DNA of 64,000 nt from the human T2T-CHM13v2.0 reference genome, Homo sapiens. Below the pieces are notes generated by a model. It was not told the origin of the DNA, made no database searches, and saw only the letters and a program-made list of their open reading frames with translations. This document shows, one piece after another, positions 28,121-42,996 of the stretch; position 1 is the stretch's first letter; the number at the start of each line of letters is the position of its first letter. The stretch lies in the NCBI RefSeq assembly GCF_009914755.1, contig NC_060930.1. The stretch is one strand, 5' to 3'. The translations under genes and the position numbers were made by a program.

Positions 28121-28304
28121 TTAAAGGACAAGATTAAAATGTTAAGGAAAAATAATTAGATTAAAAGCCTTTAACTTAAAAATCCTGAAACAATAGTTTG
28201 AATTTTGCTTTTAACATATATGCAAATCCTTTAATACTGCTCCCTTCCAGAGGTGCAGCCTAATTCCCTCTCTTGAGTGTGGCTTGGACTTAATGATGCA
28301 CTTC

Positions 28305-28668
28305 TGATATGGCCTGGTTCTGTGTTCCCACCCAAATCTCATCTCCAATTGTCATGCGAATTGTAATCCCCAGTATTGAAGGAGGGACCTCATGGGAGGT
28401 GATTGGATCATGCTGTTCTAATGATAGTGAGTGAATTCTCATGAGATCTGATGGTTTTACAAGGGGCTTTTCCCCGCTTCCCTCTGCATTTCTCTCTCCT
28501 GCCACCATGTGAAGAAGGACAGGTTTTCTTCCACTTCTGCCATGATTGTAAGTTTCCTGGGGCGGCCTCCTCAGCCATGCAGAACTGGGAGTCAGTTAAA
28601 CCTCTTTCCTTTATAAATTACCCAGTCTCAGGTATTTCTTTATAGCAGTGTGAGAACAGACTAATACA
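28305..28668 (+). mobile_element. THE1/MSTA solo LTR nested in an MLT1 LTR (~28215-29125)
   Basis: tgatatgg...cagactaataca with 5-bp TSD acttc. Confidence 0.85.
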
Positions 28669-29112
28669 ACTTCTAACTGATAGAGCAATGCCGACGTAAC
28701 AGCTTGTGACTCTGGGTGTAGAACCTAAAACTCCCTGTGGCTTCCACCTTCTCTCTCTCTGTCTCTGGGATCATGAGCTCTGGGGAAAGTCAGCTGCTGT
28801 GCCATGAGCAGCCCTGCAGGAAGGTCCATCTGGCTAAGAACTGAGGCCTTCTGGGACTCAATTACAACGAACTAGGCCTTTTCCAACAGCCATGTGACTG
28901 ATCCATGTTTCATGTGAATCCTCAGCCCCAGTGAAGCCCTCAGATGATGCAGGCCTAGACTGACAACTGGACTGCAACCTTGTGAGAGGCCCTTAGCAAG
29001 AAGCACTCAGGGAAACTTCTCCTGGATTCCTGACAATTGGAAACTGTGGGAGATGATCAATATTTGTTGTTTTGAAATGGTACATTTTACATAATTTGTT
29101 ATGCAATAGTAA

Positions 29113-29490
<378 letters not shown>

Positions 29491-30180
29491 TAATTAAAAG
29501 ATATAAATATGTAACTTAGTTTTAAAAGGTAAGGAGAATTTCCGTGGCTGAAAAGGATGTATTTTATTACCGTTCACAATGATTACTTTACTTGAACTTC
29601 AATTTGCAACTGTGTCCCAAGTGAACACAAAAAGAAGACCCAGCCCTTGCTAGGCTGATTCTATGATGGCCTCAACAACAAGCTCCTGGTCATTCACCTT
29701 CCCCCCATTATTCAACCAACTCTAATATAGGTGCTGCTGTGAAGGGATTTAGCAGATATAATTAAGGGCCTCAATTAGTTGACTTTAGGCTGGGTTTATG
29801 CTGCTTGGACTGTCCTAATCAGGTGAGTCCTTGAAAGGACTGGGTTCTTCCTGAGCATAGAGATTCACAGTGTGAGAGGGATTCAGCATGAGGGGTTTCC
29901 TCCACTGTGGGCTTTGAAAATGAAGGGGCTGTACAGGGAAGAACGCTGGTGGGCATCAGGAATTGAGCGCAGCCCTCCCTGTTCTCTACATTGACAGCCA
30001 GCAAGGAACGCGGACCTCAGTCTTACAACTGCAAGAAACTGCATTCTGCCACCTCTGTATAAGCCTGAAGGAGGATTCAAAATGAAAACACAGCTTTGGG
30101 AATCCCGGAACAGAGATTCCATCCACATCATGCCCAGATTTCTGACTAAGGTACTATAAACAGATAAATGGGTGTTGTTT

Positions 30181-30480
30181 GGCCAGGCGTGGTAATGCAC
30201 ACCTGCAATCCTAACATCTGAGGAGTTGACACAGGAGGATCACTTGCATCCAGGAGTTTGAGACCAGCCAAGATCAAACAGTGAGACACTCATCTCTACA
30301 ATTTCTTTTTAATTAGCTGGGAGTGGTGGCACTTGCCTGCAGTCCTAGCTACTCTGAAGACTGAGGCAGGAAGATCCCTTGAGCCCAGGAGTTTGAGGCT
30401 GCAGTGAGCCATGATCATGTGACTGCACTTCACCCTGGATGACAGAGGGAGACTCTGTCTCTAAAAACAAATAAATCAAC
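30181..30480 (+). mobile_element. AluJ within MLT1 LTR (~29668-30550)
   Basis: ggccaggcgtggtaatgcac...; flanked by tgggtgttgttt duplication. Confidence 0.85.
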
Positions 30481-30599
30481 AATAATTGGGTGTTGTTTAA
30501 AGTCAATGTTTGTGATAATTTGTTATGCAATCTTATAAAATTCATACACAGGCTCAACAGACTCGGATGAATTGATATGCACACTAGTTACATAAGATA

Positions 30600-32900
30600 A
30601 AATATTTCTTAATTTTTCAGTGTTTTACATTTTATAACTTTCTGTGATGCAATTTAATACATTCATATTTCATTCATTCAGTCAACAAAAATTAATTTAG
30701 TGCCTAAGATGAACCAGGTATGCCCTCATATGCTCACGTGCCTGACATTCTAGAAGCTTCACAAGACCGAGGTGGAGCCACTGGAGTGTTTTAGGTGAGG
30801 AAATGACACACTCTGACTCACAGGAGCAGGACCACTGTGGAGAGAACAGTCACATAGCAGGTAATGGGACAATGCTAGAGCCACAATTTAGAAGTGACAG
30901 GGTGGTGGGGACTAAGGGGAGAGGAGGGCCTGAGGGGTGAAAGGGACAGAGGGAAGGGCTGGAGAAGCAGGAGGTTAGGAAAAGGAGCAGAGGGAAGGAA
31001 TTGGAAAGCAGTAGAATTCTTAGGTTTAAACACATTGTTTTATAGATTTTTATTACATCCATCTACAGAGCCTCGCTCAGTGTTCTTTGCAGTTGGCCTT
31101 TAATACCTAATGTAGGACTGCCTAAAAACTAATGTTTTTTTATGTTAATAAGGTTTAAAAAATACTTAGTGTTCCTTCTTTGCAGTTGGCCTTTAATACT
31201 ATATTTGGGACTGCCTAGAAACTAATTTTTTTTAATTAATCAGGTTTTAAAAATACTAAGTATTCCTATAAGATATACACACCACTTAGACGTGAATACT
31301 TCCTAAAAACAGGCAGCACATGAGCACTGCTGAGGGGCATTGTGACTGCATTGAACACTTGCAACTGTGAGGTGAATAAAGTCTGTACTGGCTCCCGGTT
31401 GCAACATATAGTAACGCAGTGTGCTACTTTATATTGAGGAGATGTCTTGGACTCACCCAGTAACTCAGGGCTGTGGAATGAAGGTAAATGTAAAAAACAA
31501 GCGGGAGTCACAGATACATTGTCTGGGAAAGTCAAACTTAGTAGCTTTGTGAGTCCTGTTGTAATGCTTTCAGACACATTTATAGATCAAGGGGCCAAAG
31601 TTACATTTTTTACCGATTAGATTCCTGATCATTTAGGGGTTGCCAAGATTCTGCTACCCACTGTAGTTAATAAAGAGAAAACTTGTCTCTATGCTGTCTC
31701 ATGTACTCAGGCACAACTTTTCCGGATTTAAAGAAAAAAAAAACAAAAACCTGTCTCTACGCCTCCATTCCCAGGGCGAGCTCCCTCTCTGGCGGCGAGC
31801 TCCCTCTCTGTCACCAAGCTCCCTGGGGTGAGTTTTTTTCTAGAAGAGTTCAGGGAAATAGGTAAGGAGTGGGAGGCAGGGAGTCCAGTTCTGGGACGGG
31901 GATTCCGGGATGAAAAATGAAGAGGGACGGGGCCCATGACGAGGGTTTCTCCCTGGTTTCTCAGACAGCTCTTGGGCCAAGACTCAGGGAGACATTGAGA
32001 CTGAGCGCTTGGCACAGGAGGAGCGGGGTCAGGGCGAAGCCCTATGGCCCCAGGCGTGGCTTTCAGGGTTTCAGGCCCCGAAGGCGTTGTATTGATTGGG
32101 GAGGCCCAGGGTTGGGGATTCCCCATCTCCGCAGTTTCTCTTCTCCCTCTCCCAACTTATGTAGGGTCCTTCTTCCTGGACACTCAGGATGTGGACTCAG
32201 TTCTCACTCCCATTTGGTGTCGGGTTTCTAGCGAAGCCAATCGGCGTCGCTGGGGTCCCTGTTCCAGAAGTCCCCGCGAACCCATTGGGATTCAGATTCT
32301 CCCCAGACGCCGAGGATGGGGTCATGGCGTCCCGAACCCTCCTCCTGCTGCTCTTGGGGGCCCTGGCCCTGACCGAGACCTGGGCGGGTGAGTGCGGGAT
32401 CCGGAGGGAAATGGCCTCTGCGGGGAGGAGCTAGGGGCCCGCGCACTGGGGCGCAGGACCCGGGGAGCCGCTCAAGGAGGAGGGTCGGACGGGTCTCAGC
32501 CCCTCCTCGCCCCCAGGTACCCACTCCATAAGGTATTTCAGCACCGCCGTGTCCCGGCCGGGTCGCGGGGAGCCCCGGTACATCGCAGTGGGCTACGTGG
32601 ACGACACGCAGTTCGTGCGGTTCGACAGCGACGCGGCGACTCCGAGGATGTAGCCGCAGGCGCAGTGGTTGGAGCAGGATGGACCGGAGTATTGGGACCG
32701 GAGCACACGGAACATCAGGCCCGCGCACAGACTGACAAGAGTGAACCTGCCCATGCCGCGCCGCTACTACCACCAGAGCTAGGCCGGTGAATGACCCCGG
32801 CCTGGGGCGAAGGTCACGACCCCTCCTCATCCCCCACGGACGTCCCGGGTCCCCCCCGCGAGTCTCCGGCTCCGAGATCCACCCCGAGGCTGCGGGACCC
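30600..32900 (-). ncRNA. HCG4B: Region of HCG4B antisense lncRNA (boundaries not determinable from sequence)
   Basis: Known HCG4 family lies antisense upstream of alpha-block class I genes; region paralogous to ~44900-46400 and ~58900-60300; assignment by recalled gene order. Confidence 0.4.
32090..32275 (+). promoter_or_regulatory. HLA-K residual class I promoter
   Basis: kB1 ggggattcccc 32114-32124 and ISRE-like agtttctcttct kept; Y box attgg>atttgg; TCTAAA lost. Confidence 0.75.
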
Positions 32901-35268
32901 GCCAGATCCTCGACCCGGGAGAGGCCCAGGCGCCTTTACCAGATTTCATTTTCAGTTTAGGCCAAAATCCCCGCGGGTTGGTCGGGGCGGGGGCGGGGCT
33001 CGGTGGGCGGGGCTGACAGCGGGGGCGGGGCCAGGGTCTAACACCCTCCAGATAATGTATGGCTGCGACTTGGGGCTGGAAGGGCGCCTCCTCCGCGGGT
33101 ATGAACAGCACCCCAACGATGGCAAGGATTACATAGCCCGGAACTAGGACCTGCGCTCCTGGACCGCGGCGGACATGGAGGCTCAGATCACCAAGCGCAA
33201 GTGGGAGGCAGAAGAATTTGCAGAGCAGATCAGGGCCTACCTGGAGGGCACGTGCGTGGAGAGGCTCGCAGACACCTGGAGAACGGGAAGGAGATGCTGC
33301 AGCTCACGGGTACCAGGGAACACAAGACGTCTCCCTGATCGCCTGTAGATCTCCTGGGCTGGCTTCCCACAAAGAGAGAAGGAAAATGGGACCAACACTA
33401 GAATGTCGTCCTCTCTCTGGTCCTGAGGGAGAGGAATCCTCCTGGGTTTCCAGATCCTGTACAAGAGAGTGACTCTGAGGGTCTGCCCTGCTCTCTGATA
33501 CAATTAAGGGATGAAATCTCTGAGGAAATGAAGGGAAGACAATCCCTGAAATACTGATGAGGGGTTCCCTTTGACACTGGCAGCAGCCTTGGGCCCCGTT
33601 ACTTTTCCTCTCAGGCCTTGCTCTCTGCTTTACACTCAATGTGTGTGGGGGTCTGAGTCCAGCTCTTCTGAGTCCCTCAGCCTCCACTCAGGTCAGGACC
33701 AGAAGACACTGTTCCCTCCTCAGGGACTAGAATTTTCCACGGATAGGAGATTATCCCAGGTACCTGTGTCCAGGTTGGCGTCTGGGTTCTGTGCTCCCTT
33801 CCCCACCCCAGGTGTCCTGTCCATTCTCAGGATGGCCACATGCGTGCTGCTGGAGTGTCTCATGAGAGATGCAAAGTGCCTGAATTTTCTGACTCTTCCT
33901 GTTAGACCCCCCCACCAAGACACATATGATCCACCATTCCATCTCTGACTATAAGGCCACCCTGAGGTGCTGGGCCCTGGGCTTCTACCCTGTGGAGATC
34001 ACACTGACCTGGCAGCAGGATGGAGAGGACCAGACTCGGGACATGGAGCTTGTAGAGACCAGGCCTGCAGGGGATGGAAACTTCCAGAAGTGGGCAGCTG
34101 TGGTGGTGCCTTCTGGAGAGGAACAGAGATACATGTGCCATGTGCAGCATGAGGGGTTGCCCAAGCCCCTCACCCTGAGATGGAGTTAGGTAGGAGATGA
34201 GTGGAGGGGGGGTCATGTCTCTTAGGGAAAGCAGGAGCCTCTCTGGAGAACTTCAGCAGGGTCGGTGCTGGGGGCTGAGGGTCAGGGACGCTCACCTTCC
34301 CCTTTTTTCCCAGAGCAGTCTTCTCAGCCCACCATCCCCATCGTGGGTATCGTTGCTGGCCTGGTTCTCCTTGGAGCTGTAGTCACTGGAGCTGTGGTTT
34401 CTGCTGTGATGTGCAGGAAGAAGAACTCAGGTAAGGAATGGATGAGGAGTGGGGTCTGAGATTTCTTGTCCCACTGAGGGTTTCAAGCCCCAGTTAGAAG
34501 TGTGTCCTGCCTGGTTACTGGGAAGCACCATCCACACTCATGGGCCTACCCAGCCTGGGCCCTGTGTGCCAGCACTTACTCTTTTGTAAAGCACCTGTGA
34601 CAATGAAGGACAGATTTATCACCTTGATGATTATGATGATGGGGACCTGATCCCAGCAGTCACAAGTCACAGGGGAAGGTCCCTGCTGAGGACAGACCTC
34701 AGGAGGGCAGTTGGTTCAGGACCCACACCTGCTTTCCTCATGTTTCCTGATCCTGTCCTAGATCAGCAGTTACACTTTCAGGAAACTTCTCTAGGATCAA
34801 AGGCTATAGGGGGTTTGTTTAGGGCCGTATGGCCCTGACTCCTTTCTGGCCTCTTATAGGACATTTTCTTCCCACAGATAGAGTGAGCTACTCTGAAGCT
34901 GCAAGTAAGTATGAAGTGGGCTGATCCCTGAGATCTTTGGGATATTGTGGTCGGGAGCCCATGGGGGAGCTCACCCAACCCCAGATTCCTCCTCTAGCCG
35001 CATCTCCTGTGGGCTCTGACCAAGTCCTGTTTTTGTTCTACCCCAGGCAGTGACCATGCGCAGGGTTCTGATGTGTCTCTCATGGCTTGTAAAGGTGAGA
35101 AGCTGGGGGACCTGATGTGTGGGGGGTGTTGGGGGCAATAGTGGATGCAGCTGTGCTATGGGGTTTCTTTGAATTGGATGTATTGAACATGTGATGGGCT
35201 GTTTAAAGTGTCATCCCTCACTGTGACGGATATGAATTTGTTCATGAATATTTTATTTTATAGTGTGA
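32316..35268 (+). pseudogene. HLA-K: HLA-K full-length class I pseudogene
   Basis: Exons 32316-32387, 32517-32786, 33035-33309, 33906-~34184, 34314-34430, 34878-34904, 35047-35094, 35264-35268; first ATG out of frame, TAG stops at 32651, 32780, 33145, 1-bp deletion in exon 3, altered exon 4 donor. Confidence 0.9.
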
Positions 35269-35833
35269 GACAGCTGCCTTGTGTGGGACTGAGAGGCAAG
35301 ATTTGTTCACGCCTTCCCTTTGTGACTTCAAAAACCCTGACTCTCTTTCTGCAAAGGCACCTGAATGTGCCTGTGTTCCTGTAGGCATAATATGAGGAGG
35401 TGGGGAGACCAACCCACCCCCATGTCCACCATGACCCTCTTCCCTCATGCTGACCTGTGTTCCGTCTCCAATAATTAATCATTCCTGCTCCATAGACGTG
35501 AGGCTGAGATGTCTCCATCTCTATCTCAACTTTATGTGCACTGAGCTGTAACTTCTTACTTCCCTATTAAAATTAGAATCTGAGTATAAATTTACTTTTT
35601 CAAATTCTTGCCATGAGAGGTTGATGGGTTAATTAAAGGAGAAGATTCCTAAAATTTGAGAGACAAAATAAATGGAAGACATGAGAACCTTCCAGAGTCC
35701 ACATGTTTCTTATGCTGATTTGTTGCATGAGAGGAGAGTAGATGGGGCTGTGCCCAGTGGGTGCTCAGGCCACCGTGCGCTTTATGTGGTCACTGCTCAG
35801 CTGGGTCATCTTTGCTGCTCCGTTGTCCTTGGC

Positions 35834-36769
35834 TGTATGATCCAGCCCTACGGGACTTAGCGGGTTTTCTCCCCGTGTGCGGAGATGAGAGATTGTAATA
35901 AATAAAAGCACAAGACAAAGAGATAAAGAGAAAACAGCTGGGCCGGGGGGACCACTACCATCAAGATGCGGAGACCGGTAGTGGCCCCGAACAGCTGGGC
36001 TCGCTGATATTTATTGCATACAAGACAAGGGGCAGGGTAAGGAAGGTGAATCTTCTAACTGATTGACAAGGTGAAGCAAGTCACGTGATTACAGGATAGG
36101 GGGCCCTTCCCTTTTAGGTAGCATATGTCACCATTTTCTTTTCTGCACTTAAGATCAAAGACTTTAAGACTTTCACTATTTCTTCTACCATTATCTACTA
36201 CGAAATTCAAAGAGGAACCAGGAGTACAGGAGGAGCATGAAAGTGGGCAAGGAGCATGACCACTGAAGCACAGCACCACAGGGAGGGGTTTAGGCCTCTG
36301 GATGACTGCGGGTAGCTCTGGATAATATCCAGCCTCTACAAGAAGCTGGTGGAGCAGAGTGTTCCCTGACTCCTCCAAGAAAGGGAGACTCCCTTTCGTG
36401 GTCTGCTAAGTAACAGGTGCCTTCCCAGACATTGGCATTGCCACTTGACCAAGGATCCCTCAAGCAGCCCTTATGCGGGCGTGACAGAAGGCTCATCTCT
36501 TGCCTTCTAGGTCACTTCTCACAATGTCCCTTCAGCACCTGACCCTATGCCTGCCAGTTATTCCTAGGTTATCTTAGTAATGCAACAAAGAGTAATATTA
36601 AAAGCTAATGATTAATAATGTTTATAATAATGATTGATAATTTTTCATGATCATCTCTATATCTAATTTGTATTATGACTATTCTTATTCTAACTATTTT
36701 CTTTATTATACTAAAACAGTTTGTGCCTTCAGTCTCTTGCCTCGGCACCTGAGTAATCCTCCGCCCACA
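35834..36769 (-). mobile_element. LTR13A-like solo LTR (ERVK class)
   Basis: Reverse start tgtgggcggaggattactcaggtgccgaggcaagagactgaagg; perfect 6-bp TSD cttggc (35828-33, 36770-75); empty site 49939-44. Confidence 0.88.
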
Positions 36770-37528
36770 CTTGGCCCTTCAGTAGAACCTTGTCCCACCA
36801 TGACCTGTGATCACAGGGACTTGGATGTCACCTATGGCAGTCCCTGCACACCAGGGTCCTTGTGGTATCAAGAGACAAATTTTCAGATCTTTCAAGCTCT
36901 TGCCCTCTTCCCAGGGCTCTTTCCTCATTGTATTTTCCATCTTTTCTGCAATCTTTTTAAAGGAACCAGATTCTGAAATTTGCCAAGAGGCAGGGTCCCA
37001 TAGTTTCTCATCATAGGTAACTTTCTGTTGGAACTCCTCTTCTGCACTCCTACTCTTCTTCCTGCCCTGAGTTGTAGTAATCCTAGTGCTGGCTCCAAGA
37101 GAAACTCATCAATTTATAAAGCAGAGTCTAGTTTAGATTCATATGTGGTTGGAAAATTGGACCCATAAGCCTAGGGTTATCTTTCCTGAAGAGAAAAATA
37201 TGGTTGTGTGCTGCAGTGTGCAGGAGAGTTGGTGTGGGGGGAGGGAGGGAGGGAGGGAGGACACACAAGCAGCCCTGGTGAGAAAAGCTCCAGTGGCACT
37301 GATGTCAGTGTGAGATGATGTTGTTCTGTAGCTGCCACAAAAATAAAGCATTTGTCCTGAGGCTACATTAATAAAGATATTGCCTCTAGAATAGAGTGGT
37401 TCTCTATGATCATTCCTTCAACTGACATTTGTTTCTGCTAGGTATATAACTGTTTTTGCATTTAGAAAGCATCATTAAAGTAAAAACAGAAAAATTTCGG
37501 GCCTTGTGGTGCATATGTTCTAGATGCA

Positions 37529-38184
37529 AGCTTGTCCAACCCGCGGCTCGTGGGCTGCATGTGGCCCAGGACAATTCTGAATGTGAGGACTTTTTTGCTT
37601 ATCTGTGGTGCACCTGAGTCCCGGAGTGAGTGCACCCACCTCCCTCAGGGTCAGGAGTGAATGCTTTAGGAACCCTCCTTTTCAGTGACCTGAAAAAGAT
37701 AGAGGGCACACTTACTGTGATAACCCAGAGTATCAGTCAAGGGGGCTTGACCTTCAAGGAATTATGGGAAAGCTTAATAAAGGGTGGTGTCCCAGGGTCA
37801 GAAAAGATGGGCAGACAGCAAGAGCACTGCTTGATATCTATGATAAGCATGTAAGAATTGAGGAGCAAGCTTCATATTCAGAATCCAGTGGCTGAGGAAG
37901 TATCCATATCCCTAAGAGAAAGAACCTTGGGACACCATGACTGTTACATGCTGGGACAATTCCATCAGCCCTTCTGCAAAGGAGCCTATAGCCATTTAAT
38001 CAGGAGATGGGATAAGTGTTAACATTGGGTGTGAGCTAACATTGCTGCCCAGATTCCCACAGCACCATTATGTCCCTATCACAGTGGGGCTTACAGAGGC
38101 CAGGGAATAAACCTGGACAAATTATGCCCCATGGTGGAATCACTGGGTCCATAAATCCTGTCCTGGTTATCTCCCCATTCTCTG
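37529..38184 (+). mobile_element. MER30 fragment followed by truncated HERV16 internal piece
   Basis: gcttgtccaacccgcggctcgtgggctgcatgtggcccagg; colinear with 50683-51339. Confidence 0.7.
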
Positions 38185-38203
38185 TAAAAACGATTCTCTG
38201 TAA

Positions 38204-38629
<426 letters not shown>

Positions 38630-38722
38630 ATTTAGTGATCCCAAGTCACTAAATTTGGGAGTAGTTTGTTACACAGCAATGGATAACTAATGAAGCCCTC
38701 TTACATTTCCATTATTCTCTAG

Positions 38723-39172
<450 letters not shown>

Positions 39173-40098
39173 TCTTCCTTCCCTTTCTCCTTCCTTCTAG
39201 CCCTCCCTCCATCTCTTTCTTCTCTATTTCCATTCAAACTATCGCCTTCCCTCCTTCTTTCTCCCTTTCCTTCCCCTCCCCTTCCTTCTTTTCTTCTTTT
39301 GCTTTTTCCTCCATTCCTCCTTCTTTCTCTCTCTTCCTCCATTTTTTCCTTTTTATTATGAAATTTTCCTAATATATAAAATAACTCTATGTGATTGGGC
39401 TGTAAGTAAGCATTTTCTGAATCTATATGTCAAAAATATAATGTCATGTATATGAGAAACAAGTAAACAACAGGAAGTTATTAACAGAGTCTGAATAAAA
39501 ATGCCTGCTATAATTCTACAGCCAAGACAGTGGCTTTTAACTCAATTCCTTCAACACAGTGTTTTCAGAACACATCATCAACATCAAGTATTACACATTT
39601 ATTGTAAAAGTTTAAGTAGCCACAATCACTTTGGAATTTGTATTATCATTATCTAGTATGGTTAAAGTCCATACAACGTATCATCCAACCAACCCATTCC
39701 TAATCATCCACTCTGGGGGGCTTTCTTGCCTATGTGCACAGGAGACATGCACACTAATATTTATGGCAAAAACTGGAATCAGCCACATATACATCAATAG
39801 GAAACTAGTGAAATTGTGGTATAACCATATGTAAGCCTTCAGCAGTAAAAATGAATGAATGACAGTCTCCCACACCACAGATAACTCCTACACATAATGT
39901 GCATCATGGGAAAATAAAGGCAGTAGGAACTTGCTGTACAGGAAGCTTAAAAACCAGCAAAACAAACTGATATTTGTTTTGGGGATATATATATATACAC
40001 ACATACATATATATATATGTATTATATATATACTTATTGCACAAATCTTTGAAGAAATACAAAGGAATAAGTATCACAAGACTCAGCATGGAGTCTTC

Positions 40099-40599
40099 TG
40101 CTGAGATCAGCTCGGTCAGGGAGACCCTAACCCAGCAGCGCTAGAGGAATTAAAGACACACACACAGAAATATAGAGGTGTGAAGTGGGAAATCAGGGGT
40201 CTCACAGCCTTCAGAGCTGAGCCCCAAACAGAGATTTACCCACATATTTATTACAGTCATTAGCATTGTTTCTATAAATATTAAATTAGTTAAAATATCC
40301 CTTATGGGAAACGAAGGGATGGGCCGAATTAAAGGAATAGGTTGGGCTAGTTAACTGCAGCAGGAACATGCCCTTAAGACACAGATCACTCATGCTATTG
40401 TTTGTGGCTTAAGAATGCCTTTAAGTGGTTTTCCACCCTGGGCGGGCCAGGTGTTCCTTGCCCTCATTCCTGTAAACCCACAACCTTCCAGCTTGGGTGC
40501 TAGGGCCATTATGAACATGTTATGGTGCTGCAGAAATTTTGTTTATGGCCAGTCTCGGGGCCAGTTTATGACCAGATTTTGGGGGACTTGCTCCCAACG
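40099..40599 (-). mobile_element. MER9 solo LTR (HERV-K HML-3/HERVK9)
   Basis: Reverse start (c)gttgggagcaagtcccccaaaatctggtcataaactggcccc; ~500 bp; imperfect 6-bp TSD gtcttc/gtctcc; empty site at ~25315. Confidence 0.85.
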
Positions 40600-41427
40600 G
40601 TCTCCTTCTGGAGGATGACTGGGTAGCAGCCCAGGGTAGTTTTACAGTTTTGTGTTTTACACCAGTGCTGGGCCCCCTGGTAGTTACTTGATTATAATTC
40701 CTTAAACAGAGTTTTCCAAATTAAAATATACCTGTTTTTTATAGAAATGAAAAAGAAAAGAATTTCAAAGTTCATTGCAAAGATTCTTAACAAGAACTAC
40801 TTACATTGGAAGAAAACCACAGAGAATTGTAAGGAGCTATGTGACAGAGAGGACCAGGATGCCATGAAAACGGCCTTGGCTACATATAGGTCATTCGATC
40901 CTTGGCTCACTGGCATCTCTCTAGATTTTCAATAATACAATGTTCAATATGCTGTGCAAGGTAATTTCATCTTGCAAAGATTCGATGTTACATTTTACCA
41001 CACATACAACTGAATTAAACTTTTACAGAATTGGAAATGCACATCACTGATCAAAATAAATGAAACATGAAAAGAGTAGGAAGGAATACCCAGTGATGGA
41101 ATAGCAAATATGAATGGAAACAGAATAGGACTGCTAAAAAGAAAAAAAATTCAGAAGCACATAATAGCAGTGCTATTTAGAATCATAGTGGTGTCCAAAT
41201 CACTTCTATCACATCTCATTCAATACCACAACAAAAGATGTTAAGTGTGTTATAGAATGCCCATCGGATAGCCAGTTTTTGAAAATAACTTGTCTCTCAA
41301 TTCGAGCTAACCATTTCGGGCTACAGCATCAAGCCAAAATTATTGGCATCATGCTAAGCTAGATGTGTTAACTGAAGTATGAGATTCTCATTTTTGTAAA
41401 TGAAAAGCAATCAGATTAGGCAATTTT

Positions 41428-42430
41428 TTTCTGCACAGCAAAAGAAACTATCATCAATCAGAGTGAACAGACATGCTACAGAATGGGAGAAAAATTTTGC
41501 CATCTGTTCATCTGACAAAAGTCTAGTATTCAGAATCCACAAAGAACTTAAGCAAATTTACATGAAAAAAAACTTCATTAAAAAGTGGACAAAGAACATG
41601 AACAGACACTTCTAAAGAAGACATACATGTGGCCAACAAAAATATGAAAAAGAAAGCTCCCATCACTGATCATTAGAGAAATGCAAATCAAAACGACAAA
41701 TGAGATACCATTTTATGCCAGTCAGAATGGCAATTATTAAATAGTCAAGAAACAACAGATGCTGGCAAGGTTGCAGAGAAATAGGAATGCTTTTACACTG
41801 TTGGTGGAAAAGTAAATGGTTAATCCATTGTGGAAGACAGTGACAGTGTGGCGATTCCTCAAAGATTTAGAACCAGAAATACCATTTGACCCAGCAATCC
41901 CATTGCAGGGTATATACCCAAAGGAATATAAATCATTCTATTATAAAGACATATGCATGTTTACATTCATGGCAGCACTATTCACAATAGCAAAGACATG
42001 GAATCAACCCAAATGCCCATCAATGATGGTCTGGATAAAGAAAATATGGTACATATACACCATGGAATATTATGCAGCCATAAAAAGGAAGGAGATCAAG
42101 TCCTTTGCAGGGATATGGATGAAGGTGGAAGCCATTATCCTCAGCAAACTCACACAGGAACAGAAAACCAAACACCACATGTTCTCATATATAACTGGGA
42201 ACTGAGCAATGAGAACACATGGACACAGGGAGAGGAACAACACACACTGGGGCCTGTTGGGGGAGGGTGGTGATGGGAGGATCATTAGCAAAAATAGCTA
42301 ATGCATGCCAGGGTTAATACCTAGGTGATGAGTTGACAGGTGCAGCAAACCAACATGGCACACATTTACCTATGTAACAAACCTGCACATCCTACACATG
42401 TACCCTGGAACTTAAAAAAAAATTAAATTA
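41428..42430 (+). mobile_element. L1PA/PB 3' end (paralog of 27120-28120)
   Basis: ORF 41816-42205 WRFLKDLEPEIPFDPAIPLQGIYPKEYKSFYYKD; L1 3'UTR. Confidence 0.92.
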
Positions 42431-42614
42431 AAAGACAAGCTTAAAGAGTTAATGAAAAATAATTAGATACAAGAAGACTTTGATTTTCAGAAACCTGAAA
42501 CAATAGTTATAATTTTGCTTTTAACATATATTCAAATCCTTTGATACTGTTCCTTTCTAGAGGTGCAGCTTAATTCCCTCTCTTGAGTGTGGCTTGGACT
42601 TAATGAGGCACTTC

Positions 42615-42996
42615 TGAAATGGCCTGGTTCTGTGTTCCCACCCAAATCTCATCTTGAGTTGTTATGCAAATTGTAATCCCTACCTATTGGGGGAGGGACC
42701 TCATGGGAGTTGATTGGATCATGGGGACGGTGCCCCCATGCTGTTCTCCTGATGCTGAGGGAATTCTCATGAGATCTGATGGTTTTATAAGGGGCTTTTC
42801 CCTGCTTCATTGTGCATTTCTCTCTCCTGTCACCACATGAAGAAGGACGGGTTTGCTTCCACTTCTGCCATGACTGTAAGTTTCCTGGGGCAGCCTCCTC
42901 AGTCATGCAGAACTGTGGGTCAATTAAACCTCTTTCCTTTATAAATTACCCAGTCTCAGGCATTTCTTTATAGCAGTGTGAGAATGGACTAATACA
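42615..42996 (+). mobile_element. THE1/MSTA solo LTR in MLT1 (paralog of 28305-28668)
   Basis: same acttc TSD and ends. Confidence 0.85.

Noticed and set aside
31266-31577. Antisense ORF MSESITTGLTKLL... with paralogs at 45465-45758 and 60019-60237
   Set aside because: Copies diverge by frameshifts mid-ORF, so similarity reflects duplication (HCG4 family), not coding constraint
31775-31810. 19-bp tandem duplication upstream of HLA-K
   Set aside because: Simple slippage event outside known promoter elements
33926-34189. Open alpha3-domain ORF in HLA-K
   Set aside because: Upstream exons carry stops and the exon 4 donor is altered; open exon 4 alone does not support a protein
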